Shown here piece after piece: positions 8,960 through 17,778 of a stretch of 64,000 bases of DNA. The notes under the pieces are model-generated. The model saw only the letters and a program-made list of their open reading frames with translations, was not told where the DNA came from and ran no database searches. Numbering within the stretch: position 1 is the stretch's first letter; each line of letters opens with the position of its first letter. The stretch spans positions 1,495 to 65,494 of the forward strand of contig DASZOU010000035.1 in NCBI GenBank assembly GCA_035550655.1. Direction: 5' to 3'. The stretch comes from Mycobacteriales bacterium. GTDB taxonomy: Bacteria; Actinomycetota; Actinomycetes; JAFAQI01. Position numbers and translations under genes: made by a program.

Positions 8960-9739
8960 GTGCGACTTGAAGGCAAGTCCGCCATCATCACCGGTTCGGG
9001 TTCGGGCGTCGGTCGCGCCTCAGCCCTTCGCTTCACCGCGGAAGGCGCGAAGGTCCTCTGTGCCGACATCGACACGGAAGGGGCAGCCCAGACCGTCAAG
9101 CTCATCGAGGAGCAGGGCGGAACGGCGATCGCCCAGCGATGCGACGTCGCTGACGAGGCCGATGTCGCCGCGACGATCGAGGCAGCGGTCGCCGCGTTCG
9201 GGCGCCTCGACATCCTGTTCAACAACGTCGGCGTGCCTACGCCAAGGCTTGGAGTGAAGCTGGAAGAGCACACCGCCGAGGACTTCGAGCGACTAACCTC
9301 GATCAACTTCCGCGGCGTATTCAACGGTTGCAAGCACGCCGTCCTGCAGTTCAAGAAGCAGGAGAGCGGCGGGGTCATCCTCAACACCGGATCCGTTGCC
9401 GGTCTGGTCGCATGGGGCGGCTCGGTGTACGGCGCCACCAAGGGCGCGGTCCACCAGCTCACCAAGGCGGTCGCGATCGAGGGCGCACCGTTCGGCATTC
9501 GAGCGAACGCGATCTGTCCCGCGGCGATGCCCTACACGTCATTCATGGCGGCGGGCGGGATGCAAGCCTCGCCGGAGGACCTGGAGAAGATCGCGCAAGG
9601 GGTGGGAGCCACGCATCCGCTCGGCAAGCCGATCCTCGCCGAGGACTGCGCGGAGGCCGCGGTCTACCTCTGCTCGGACCAGGCGTCCAACGTCACCGGC
9701 GTGCTGCTTCCGGTGGACGGCGGCTACGTCGCGCGATGA
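8960..9739 (+). CDS. SDR family oxidoreductase
   Basis: TGSGSGVGRA Rossmann motif, NNVG and YGATKGAV catalytic motif. GTG start after AAGGAGTAAGC. Confidence 0.9.
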   Translation: MRLEGKSAIITGSGSGVGRASALRFTAEGAKVLCADIDTEGAAQTVKLIEEQGGTAIAQRCDVADEADVAATIEAAVAAFGRLDILFNNVGVPTPRLGVKLEEHTAEDFERLTSINFRGVFNGCKHAVLQFKKQESGGVILNTGSVAGLVAWGGSVYGATKGAVHQLTKAVAIEGAPFGIRANAICPAAMPYTSFMAAGGMQASPEDLEKIAQGVGATHPLGKPILAEDCAEAAVYLCSDQASNVTGVLLPVDGGYVAR

Positions 9740-10986
9740 GCACCACCAAGGGTCTGCTCGACGTCGATCGGGTGCGCGAGCTGTTCGATCTGCGCAGCAG
9801 CTTCATGCCGTTGATCGGCGGCAACTACACCGACGACCCGTACCCGATCTGGGCGAAGCTGCGGGCGCAGGCCCCGGTCCATGAAGGCACTCTGCACGCC
9901 CTGTCCGGCGTGAAGGACGACATCTTCTTCCACGGCCTGCCCTACCCGGACCGGCCGCACTTCACGGCGTTCTCCTACGCGGCATGCGATGCGGCGTACC
10001 GCAACCCTGAGGTGTTCGCGTCGTCGGCAGAAGCGGTCGATTTCGACGCTGCGCCTTCAGTCGTCAACAGCATGCTGTCGATGGGCGGTGAGCGGCACCG
10101 CCGCTACCGCGCGCTCGTGCAGCCGTCGTTCATCCCGGCCAAGGCGCAGTGGTGGATCCGGAACTGGATCGAGCAGACCGTCCACGCGCTGATCGACTAC
10201 TTCGCCGGCAACGGCCGCGCCGAGCTCAATGTCGACTTCGCCGCCGCGATCCCGGTCCTCACGATCACCGGAAGCTTCGGGATCCCCGTCGAGCAGGCGC
10301 TCGACGTACGCGCCGCGACGAGTGAGCCGGACAAGGTGCTGGAGATCATCGCGCCGATCGTCGCGGCTCGCCGCGAGCAGCCCCGGGACGACCTGATCAG
10401 CATCCTCGTCGAGGCAGAGCTCAAGGAGGCAGACGGCTCGCTGCACCGCCTATCGGACCCCGAGATCTACTCGTTTGCGCTGCTGCTGCTCGCGGCCGGC
10501 TCCGGCACGACCTGGAAGCAGATGGGCATCACGCTGACCGCTCTGCTGCAGCGCCCGGAGGTGCTCGCCGAGATCCGCGCCGACCGGTCACTGCTCAAGC
10601 CGGCAATCGAGGAGTCGCTTCGCTGGCAGGCGACCGACCCGATGTTCTCGCGCTGGGTCACCGAGGACATCGAGCACTTCGGTGTACAGATTCCGAAGGG
10701 ATCGGTGCTGCACCTCTGCCTTGGAGCGTCGAATCGCGACCCTGAGCGCTTCGAGAACCCCGACGAGTTCGACATCCACCGCCCGCCGCGGGCGTCGCTC
10801 GCGTTCGGTGGCGGCCCGCACATCTGTCTGGGCATGCACGTCGCGCGGGCCGAGATGTTGACCGGCATCGGGGCCCTGCTCGACCGGCTGCCGAACCTGC
10901 GGCTGGACCCCGACGCCGAGCCGCCGTCGTACATCGGCTTCTACGAACGCGGCGCGACCGCCATCCCGGTCGTGTTCGACGCATGA
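9736..10986 (+). CDS. cytochrome P450
   Basis: FGGGPHICLGMHVARAEM heme loop and ESLRW ExxR region. ATG at 9736 overlaps the SDR stop (ATGA). The ORF-track extension to 9328 is rejected. Confidence 0.9.
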   Translation: MSTTKGLLDVDRVRELFDLRSSFMPLIGGNYTDDPYPIWAKLRAQAPVHEGTLHALSGVKDDIFFHGLPYPDRPHFTAFSYAACDAAYRNPEVFASSAEAVDFDAAPSVVNSMLSMGGERHRRYRALVQPSFIPAKAQWWIRNWIEQTVHALIDYFAGNGRAELNVDFAAAIPVLTITGSFGIPVEQALDVRAATSEPDKVLEIIAPIVAARREQPRDDLISILVEAELKEADGSLHRLSDPEIYSFALLLLAAGSGTTWKQMGITLTALLQRPEVLAEIRADRSLLKPAIEESLRWQATDPMFSRWVTEDIEHFGVQIPKGSVLHLCLGASNRDPERFENPDEFDIHRPPRASLAFGGGPHICLGMHVARAEMLTGIGALLDRLPNLRLDPDAEPPSYIGFYERGATAIPVVFDA

Positions 10987-11005
10987 AAGACGGAGTCTTC
11001 GACTG

Positions 11006-11449
11006 ATGAGCGACGACGGGTACGTCCAGCCGGACTACAGCCTGCTCGGCGCGGACCATGTCCGGGCCTACCAGGAGACCGACGGCGAGACCGGCTACAT
11101 GTGGAATGGCGTGCCGACGCTGCTGCTGACCCACGTCGGCCGCGTCAGCGGCAAGGAATACACGACACCGCTGATCTACGCGCCGGACGGCGGCGACTAC
11201 GTGATCGTCGCGTCGTTGGGTGGTGCTCCGGCGCACCCGCAGTGGTTCCTCAACCTCGAGGCGAACCCGCACGCGTCGATCCAGGTCCGCGCCGCCCACC
11301 TGCACGTGCATGCGCGCGTTGCCGAGGGCGACGAGCGGTCCCGGCTCTGGGACCTGGTGGCCAACGCGTGGCCCAACTACAACGCCTACCAAACGCGCAC
11401 GGACCGCGTCATCCCCGTCGTCGTGCTGACGCCGGCGCACCATGACTGA
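11006..11449 (+). CDS. deazaflavin (F420)-dependent nitroreductase/oxidoreductase family protein (DDN-like)
   Basis: 147 aa. Family-typical YAPDGGDYVIVAS, GGAPAHPQWFLNL and NPHASIQV motifs, recalled from the family description. Confidence 0.7.
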   Translation: MSDDGYVQPDYSLLGADHVRAYQETDGETGYMWNGVPTLLLTHVGRVSGKEYTTPLIYAPDGGDYVIVASLGGAPAHPQWFLNLEANPHASIQVRAAHLHVHARVAEGDERSRLWDLVANAWPNYNAYQTRTDRVIPVVVLTPAHHD

Positions 11450-12914
11450 AGCCGCAATCGGAGCGCTACCGTCGCAAGCGTCGCGGATCGGCGCGGTCGC
11501 GAGCGCCCGGCCCGACGCCGAGGGCTTCCGTATCGTGCGCCTCGACGGCAGTGAAGACGCCGTTGCCAACGCCTGGCTGGACCGACGGTCGAGTCAGCTG
11601 GCCGGCGCTCTGGCCGATCGGGGGGTGGGCCACGGTGACCGGTTAGGTCTCGGACTGCGCAACTCCCCTGAGCTGGTGCTCGCCGCGTTCGCGGCCTGGA
11701 AGCTCGGCGCCGTTCCCGTCCCTGTGCGCTGGGACCTTCCGGACTGGGAGCTGTCTCGGCTGCGCGATGTGATCGCCGCGCCGGTGTTCTTCACCAGCGA
11801 GGACATCCCGTGGATCGAGAGGACCGAAGACCTGGCCGTCCCCGACCTGCCGGACGCCGTGTCGCCCCACCTACAGGGCATCTGCAGCAGTGGCTCAACC
11901 GGAACGCCGAAGATCATCCTGAGCGCGATGCCGGGTGTCTTCAACCCGATGTACAGCACGCCGATGGCCGAGAACTGGATGGCGATCGAGCGCCCGCAAC
12001 GAATCCTCGTGCTCGCGCCGATGTATCACGTCAACGCGTTCACGACACTGCACAACCTGCTCGCCGGAGATGAGCTCGTCGTGCTCGAGAAGTTCGACGC
12101 CACACGCGCTGTCGAGCTGATCGAGAAACGCCGGATCACCACGTTCACCGCGACCCCCACGATGCTGCAGCGCATGGCCGACGTACCGGGCATCGACGAT
12201 CGCGACCTCTCCAGCCTGGTCTGGATCCAGCAAGGCGCCGCACCGATGCCGCCCTCGCTGGTACACCGGTGGGCAGGGCTGATCGGCCCGGAGAAGATCG
12301 TCATGGCATACGGCATGACCGAGGCGTTGGGCATCACGGCACTGCGCGGCGACGAGTGGATGAAGCACGAGGGCAGCGTCGGGCTCGGTCTGCGGGGCAC
12401 CGAGATCAGGATCGTGGGCGACGACGGCGTCGACCTGCCGGCAGGCGAGATCGGCGAGATCTACCTTCGTGCTCCCAACTACGGCGGGTCGACGTACGTC
12501 GGCGATGTGCCACAGCTCAAGGAGACCGCAGACGGCTTCCGCACTGCCGGCGACATGGGCTATCTCGACGAAGACGGCTATCTCTACATCGCGGATCGTC
12601 GCGTCGATCTGATCATCAGCGGCGGCGCCAACGTGTTCCCCGCGGAAGTCGAGCACGCGCTGATCGACCATCCGCAGGTCGCGGACGTCGTCGTTGTGGG
12701 TTTGCGTGACGAGGAGTGGGGTCGGCGCGTGCACGCCATCATCGAGCCGACCGATGCAGCGGATCCGCCATCATTCGAGGACATGGCTGCGTACGCGAAG
12801 GCGCGGCTCGCGGCGTACAAGGTGCCGAAGAGCATCGAGATCGTCGACTCCATGCCGCGCAGCGAGGCGACCAAGGTCAATCGCGCGCGACTGATCGAGG
12901 CGCGCGGTGGATAG
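11442..12914 (+). CDS. AMP-dependent synthetase/ligase (acyl-CoA synthetase, FadD-like)
   Basis: AMP-binding motif CSSGSTGTPKIILS and GEIYLRAP / YLYIADRRVDLIISGG regions. The start overlaps the upstream stop. Confidence 0.9.
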   Translation: MTEAAIGALPSQASRIGAVASARPDAEGFRIVRLDGSEDAVANAWLDRRSSQLAGALADRGVGHGDRLGLGLRNSPELVLAAFAAWKLGAVPVPVRWDLPDWELSRLRDVIAAPVFFTSEDIPWIERTEDLAVPDLPDAVSPHLQGICSSGSTGTPKIILSAMPGVFNPMYSTPMAENWMAIERPQRILVLAPMYHVNAFTTLHNLLAGDELVVLEKFDATRAVELIEKRRITTFTATPTMLQRMADVPGIDDRDLSSLVWIQQGAAPMPPSLVHRWAGLIGPEKIVMAYGMTEALGITALRGDEWMKHEGSVGLGLRGTEIRIVGDDGVDLPAGEIGEIYLRAPNYGGSTYVGDVPQLKETADGFRTAGDMGYLDEDGYLYIADRRVDLIISGGANVFPAEVEHALIDHPQVADVVVVGLRDEEWGRRVHAIIEPTDAADPPSFEDMAAYAKARLAAYKVPKSIEIVDSMPRSEATKVNRARLIEARGG

Positions 12915-14115
12915 CAAGGCGTTCGACGGAATCCGGGTTGTCGAGCTTGCGCAATGGGTGTTCGTGCCCGCCGCCGGTGCGCTGCTCGCGGACTGGGGCG
13001 CCGACGTCATCCACATCGAGCCGCTGTCGGGCGATCCTTATCGCGGCCTGATGACGCAGGGCATCGGCGCGGGCCGAGACGGCGTCAACCTGTCGATGGC
13101 TCTCGCCAATCGCAGCAAGCGATCGCTGGCGATCGACGTACGGAGCGACACCGGCAAGGCGGTGCTTGGCCGTCTGCTCGAGTCGGCCGATGTACTGCTC
13201 ACCAGCCTGCGACCGCGCGCGCTCGACAAGCTCGGCCTCGGCGCCGAGGAGGTGCGGGCCCGCTTCCCGCGACTGGTCTACGCCCGCGGCCACGGCTACG
13301 GTGCGAAAGGCCCCGACGCCAACCAGGCCGGGTATGACGCGTCGGCATTCTGGGCGCGCGGCGGCATGGCGCACATCCTCACCCCGCCCGAGCGCGACTA
13401 CCCGATCAGCCAGCGCGGCGCTATGGGCGACCGAAACGGCGCCATGGCGCTGGCGTTCGGAATCGCGTCAGCACTTCTCAAGCGCGAGCGGAGCGGCGAG
13501 GGAAGCCTCGTCGACGTCTCGCTGCTGGCCACCGCGATGTGGACGCTGTCCTCCGATGTCCTCGCCGCACTCGGTGGCGACGAGCCGGTGCGGATGCCCG
13601 GTCGCGGCGCAACCCCCAACCCTCTCGTTGGCGTCTACCGCACGAGCGACGGCCGCCACATTCAGCTGGTCTTCCTCGAGGGGGACCGTTACTGGAAGCC
13701 GTTCTGCGAGCTCATCGGACGCGGTGATCTCGGCAGTGATCCACGCTTCGCCGACCTCGCCGCTCGCCGGGAGAACAGCGCGGCATGCGTCGAGGAGCTC
13801 GACGCGGTCTTCGAGACGAAGACCTTCGAGGAGTGGAAGACGCTGTTGAGCCAACTCGACGCGCCGTGGTCACCTGTGCAGTCCGTGACCGAGCTGTTGG
13901 ACGATCAGCAAGTAATCGCCAACGGGTACGTCGGCGAGGTCAACGCCGGCGGCCCGACGTATCGGCTCCCAAATGTTCCCGTGCAGTTCGACGGCGCGCC
14001 GGCGTCGTTGGGTCGCGCGCCGGAGCACAGCGAGCACACCGAGACGATCCTCATGGAGCTCGGCTATGACTGGGAGGCGATCAGTGCCATGAAGGACGCG
14101 GGGACCATTCCGTGA
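12907..14115 (+). CDS. CaiB/BaiF family CoA-transferase (family III)
   Basis: N-terminal GIRVVELAQWVFVPAAGALLADWGADVIHIEP is typical of family III CoA transferases. 402 aa. Confidence 0.85.
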   Translation: MDSKAFDGIRVVELAQWVFVPAAGALLADWGADVIHIEPLSGDPYRGLMTQGIGAGRDGVNLSMALANRSKRSLAIDVRSDTGKAVLGRLLESADVLLTSLRPRALDKLGLGAEEVRARFPRLVYARGHGYGAKGPDANQAGYDASAFWARGGMAHILTPPERDYPISQRGAMGDRNGAMALAFGIASALLKRERSGEGSLVDVSLLATAMWTLSSDVLAALGGDEPVRMPGRGATPNPLVGVYRTSDGRHIQLVFLEGDRYWKPFCELIGRGDLGSDPRFADLAARRENSAACVEELDAVFETKTFEEWKTLLSQLDAPWSPVQSVTELLDDQQVIANGYVGEVNAGGPTYRLPNVPVQFDGAPASLGRAPEHSEHTETILMELGYDWEAISAMKDAGTIP

Positions 14116-14519
14116 CGCGGCCGGTCCCCATTCCCGACGAGGTCTCGGCGCCGCACTGGGAAGCGGCAGCGAACCACGTGCTGACGATCGCGCGCTGCTC
14201 GGCGTGCGACAGCTTCACCCATCCCCCCGGCATCATCTGCGGGCACTGCGGCTCAACCAGCCCTGTCTTCACCTTCACTCCCGTCAGTGGCCGCGGTCAG
14301 GTGCTCGCATGGACCATCGCCCGGCAGCCGTTCCTGCCGGGCTTCGAGACGCCGTACCTCCTCGTCGACGTTGAGCTCGAGGAACAGAAGGACCTGCGTA
14401 TCGTCGCGCGGCTCCTCGACGGCGTTGATGCCGAGCTCGAGACCGGAACGAGGGTTGAGGTCGCGTTCGAGGATCTCAGTGACGGCGTCGCCGTACCGGC
14501 GTTCCGGATCGCGCAATGA
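14112..14519 (+). CDS. Zn-ribbon/OB-fold protein (DUF35 family), thiolase partner
   Basis: CSACDSF...CGHCGS zinc ribbon followed by an OB-fold-sized C-terminus. Sits immediately upstream of a thiolase-like gene with overlapping stop/start. Confidence 0.75.
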   Translation: MTRPVPIPDEVSAPHWEAAANHVLTIARCSACDSFTHPPGIICGHCGSTSPVFTFTPVSGRGQVLAWTIARQPFLPGFETPYLLVDVELEEQKDLRIVARLLDGVDAELETGTRVEVAFEDLSDGVAVPAFRIAQ

Positions 14520-15727
14520 CTGGGGGGACGGGGTCGTTCACCGCGCGCAACAAGGTTGCGATCGTCGGTTACGCGCAGAGCCAGATCGTGCGTCACGCCG
14601 ACCGGCCGCTCGGCGCAATCGCGATCGAGACCGCCCGATCCGCGATCAGCGACGCAGGACTGAAGGTGGAGCAGGTCGACGGGTTCGTCGCGAGCAGCAT
14701 GTTCCCCAACGCCGGCGGCCACGCGATCGAAGACGGCCGCTCCATCGTGACGACCGACTGGATGGCGCAGAACCTCGGCGTGAGCCCGCGCTACTCGGCG
14801 GGCTTCCAGGGCTACGGCCAACTCCCCGGCTCGGTCGGGATGGCGGTCAACGCGGTCGCGTCCGGCGCCGCCGAGTACGTCCTGCTCCACCGTGCGCTTC
14901 ACAACCCGAAGGGCCGCTACAACGCCAACCCGATGACCGAGGCGGGCGGCCCGATGCAGTGGACGGCACCGCTGGGCTTCTTCGGTCCGGTGTCGACGAT
15001 CGGCCTTACCTACAACGAGTACCTGCAGCGCTACGGCGCGAAGCGCGAAACGATGGCGCACGTTGTCGTCGAGGCCCGCAAGAACGGGTCGCGGCTGCCA
15101 TGGTCGTACTGGCGCGACAAGCCGCTCACCGTCGAGGAGTACCTCGACGCGCCGCTCGTCAGCGACCCGATCTGCCGACTCGACTGCGACATCCCGGTGA
15201 GCGGCGTCGCCTGTTTCGTGTTGACCACCGCGGAGCGTGCCCGCGACCTCCCGCATCCGCCGGTCTACATCTCGGGATTCGCGGGCAGCCAGCCTCCCAT
15301 GCGCCGGCTGCCGACCCACTGGCCGCTCGACGACATGATCGACCTCGGCGTGGGCCTCGCGGACCGACTCTGGTCGAGCGCTGGACTCGGCCCGAAGGAC
15401 GTCGATCTGCCGCAGCTGTACGACGGGTTCTCGCCGTTCATCTACTTCTGGCTCGAGACTCTCGGGTTCTGCGAGAGAGGGACGGCTCACGAGTTCGTCG
15501 AGGCCGGCGGAATCGACAGCGACTCCCGCCACGGGCTCCCGATCCTGTCCAGCGGTGGCGCGCTGGGGAACGGCCGGATGCACGGCGTACCGCAGATGCT
15601 CGAGTGCTACCTGCAGCTGTCATGCCGTGCTGGGGCTCGCCAGCGTGAGGGCGCTACCGTCGGACTTGCCTGTCACGCCTCGCCGAACCTCGGCGGCGTT
15701 GTCGTCTACAGCTCGGAGCCTTCATGA
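14516..15727 (+). CDS. thiolase-like lipid-transfer protein (SCP-x / Ltp family, non-Claisen thiolase)
   Basis: KVAIVGYAQSQIV N-terminus and thiolase-fold length (403 aa). Paired with the DUF35 protein. Confidence 0.8.
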   Translation: MTGGTGSFTARNKVAIVGYAQSQIVRHADRPLGAIAIETARSAISDAGLKVEQVDGFVASSMFPNAGGHAIEDGRSIVTTDWMAQNLGVSPRYSAGFQGYGQLPGSVGMAVNAVASGAAEYVLLHRALHNPKGRYNANPMTEAGGPMQWTAPLGFFGPVSTIGLTYNEYLQRYGAKRETMAHVVVEARKNGSRLPWSYWRDKPLTVEEYLDAPLVSDPICRLDCDIPVSGVACFVLTTAERARDLPHPPVYISGFAGSQPPMRRLPTHWPLDDMIDLGVGLADRLWSSAGLGPKDVDLPQLYDGFSPFIYFWLETLGFCERGTAHEFVEAGGIDSDSRHGLPILSSGGALGNGRMHGVPQMLECYLQLSCRAGARQREGATVGLACHASPNLGGVVVYSSEPS

Positions 15728-16437
15728 CCGCCGACGTGGACGCCACCGCGTCATGGGTCGAACGGGCGGCTGAACGCTCGCCGTCGGTGCAGCGGTCCCG
15801 GACCCGCAGCGTGCAGCGGGCGCATCAGATCGTCGAGGCAGCACGGCGTCTGGCGGAGACCAAGGGCTCGGACTTTACGACGCACGAGCTCGTCAAAGAG
15901 TCCGGCATCGCGATCAAGACGTTCTACAAGCACTTCGAAGGCAAGGATCAGGTCCTGCTCGCCGTCCTCGAGGAGTTGATCTCCGAAGCGTGTGACACCC
16001 TCGAGGAATCGGGCCGCACGCTGCCTGACCCGATCGCGCGGCTGAAGTTCTACATCACGTCGATCGTCAGCACCATCAGCGCAGGACCGAGCGACGGCAG
16101 GCCCCGCTTCATCACCAGCGAGCACTGGCGGCTGCATCAGATCTATCCCGCCGAACTCGCGCAGGCGACCGGCGGATTCACGCGACTCTTGCTGCCCGAA
16201 GTCCGGGCGGCGACAGAGGCGGGTCTGCTCCGACCGGCGAACCCTGACTACGACGCCTGGTTGATTACCCAGCTGATCATCGTGGTGTTCCATCACTACG
16301 AGTACGCGCCACACACCGAGTCCGCGAAGGTCATCGGAGATCGGCTGTGGGCCTTCTGCTACGCCGCGCTGGGCGGCCCGGCGGCCGAGGCGGCTTCGCC
16401 GGCTCCTCGAAAGTCAGCCCGGCGCCCGAACCGCTGA
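15724..16437 (+). CDS. TetR family transcriptional regulator, last gene of the operon
   Basis: HTH HELVKESGIAIKTFYKHFEGKDQVLLAV. The ATG overlaps the thiolase stop. Confidence 0.85.
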   Translation: MTADVDATASWVERAAERSPSVQRSRTRSVQRAHQIVEAARRLAETKGSDFTTHELVKESGIAIKTFYKHFEGKDQVLLAVLEELISEACDTLEESGRTLPDPIARLKFYITSIVSTISAGPSDGRPRFITSEHWRLHQIYPAELAQATGGFTRLLLPEVRAATEAGLLRPANPDYDAWLITQLIIVVFHHYEYAPHTESAKVIGDRLWAFCYAALGGPAAEAASPAPRKSARRPNR

Positions 16438-17778
16438 CGGCGCGACGGCGCGATGGGCCGACAACTTGACCTTCGCCGGCAGCGCGACCGTCAGAGCGAT
16501 CCGTCCGGAACCGTCAGGCCTCAGCGTCAGTTGCTTGGCGTGCCCATCGGAGCCCACCAGGGCCGTGATCGACGAGTCTTCGCGGTAGAACGACGGGGTT
16601 GTGACGCGCGCGAGGCCGTGGCCCCGCAGGACGAATCCATTGGCTCCCGCATGACGCAGGTAGGTGAACTGCTCCGCGACCGGGCGCCTGACCGCCACCG
16701 ACCAGCCCCACTGCTTCCAGCCTGATGCGGTCGCGTCGTACTGGACGTGCGCCGGTCGCGTCGCGTGCCGTGCGAACTGGCGCATGATCTCCGGTAGGTA
16801 CGTGCGCATGTCGCGGATCCAGTAGGGAAAGGTGTGCGTCCCGGCGCCGTAGTCGGTCAGCTTGATCGGAATGTGCAGGTCGACTGCGTGGTCGTACATC
16901 GTGTGCGTTTCGGCGTGCGCGAGGACCTCGATGCTTGCCAGAGCGACAGTCGTTGGGTCGTCGTAGGGGCCAGGCAAGCCGTTTCCCGTGTAGAGGTGGA
17001 CGTCCATCCCGCGGAGGTTCCTGACAAGCGTTGTAGGACAGTGGCCCTTCCAGTTGACCTGGTGCTGGATCGGGTCGCCGAAGACAGCGAACGGCGGCAC
17101 GAAGTCGGCGAGCGTGGTGCCGATCGGGAACGACTGGAACACCGGTTTGAGGAGCTTGCCGTAGGCGATGTCGACCGCGCCGGAGAACGAGCCGACCGAG
17201 ATGAACAGATCCGGGTGACGGGTGGCGGCAATGGTCGCGCCGAAGCCTCCCTGTGACAGCCCGGCGACCGCGCGGCCCGATCGATCCGCGACGGTGCGGA
17301 AGTTGTCGTCGACCCAGGGGATCAGCTGATTGATCTGGAAGGTCTCCCACTGGTTCGGGCCGAGTGAGGTGCGCGTGTCCCTCCAGTTCGAGAACCAGCC
17401 ATCACCGATCCCCAAGCCGACGTCCGGCATGACCACGATCAGCGGCAGCTTCTCGGTCAGCCCCTCGATGTCGCCGTGGTTGGTCCAATCCGAGGCGTGC
17501 TCTCCGGTGCCGGCGTACAGATACAGCGTCGGGTAGCGCCGGCGCGGGTTCGCGGCGTATCCGACCGGCAGCAGGATCCGCGCGTTGACCGGATCGCCGG
17601 TCGCGGCAGTCTGGAACCTTGCGTTGATCTCCCTCGCATCGATCTGGGTTGCGGCAAGCACCTTCAGACCGTGGCCACTGCGAAGGACAGGTCCCGCCTT
17701 CGCGGAACTCGCGGCCGGTACCGACCAGCCCGCGGCGATGCAGGCCGCCACCAGCGCGGTCGCCGCGATGCGTCTCAT
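16414..17778 (-). CDS. secreted esterase family protein (esterase D / antigen-85-like alpha/beta hydrolase) with a C-terminal extension
   Basis: Signal peptide MRRIAATALVAACIAAGWSVPAASSA, then the PTLYLYAGTGEHASDW...VAGLSQGGFGA nucleophile elbow (GxSxG). The start overlaps the LivF stop (ATGA). Confidence 0.8.
   Translation of the reverse strand: MRRIAATALVAACIAAGWSVPAASSAKAGPVLRSGHGLKVLAATQIDAREINARFQTAATGDPVNARILLPVGYAANPRRRYPTLYLYAGTGEHASDWTNHGDIEGLTEKLPLIVVMPDVGLGIGDGWFSNWRDTRTSLGPNQWETFQINQLIPWVDDNFRTVADRSGRAVAGLSQGGFGATIAATRHPDLFISVGSFSGAVDIAYGKLLKPVFQSFPIGTTLADFVPPFAVFGDPIQHQVNWKGHCPTTLVRNLRGMDVHLYTGNGLPGPYDDPTTVALASIEVLAHAETHTMYDHAVDLHIPIKLTDYGAGTHTFPYWIRDMRTYLPEIMRQFARHATRPAHVQYDATASGWKQWGWSVAVRRPVAEQFTYLRHAGANGFVLRGHGLARVTTPSFYREDSSITALVGSDGHAKQLTLRPDGSGRIALTVALPAKVKLSAHRAVAPSAVRAPG

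Noticed and set aside
9328-9735. ORF-track N-terminal extension of the second P450 back to 9328
   Set aside because: The extension overlaps the SDR in another frame and translates to Arg-rich nonsense. ATG at 9736 overlaps the SDR stop and begins a canonical P450 N-terminus.
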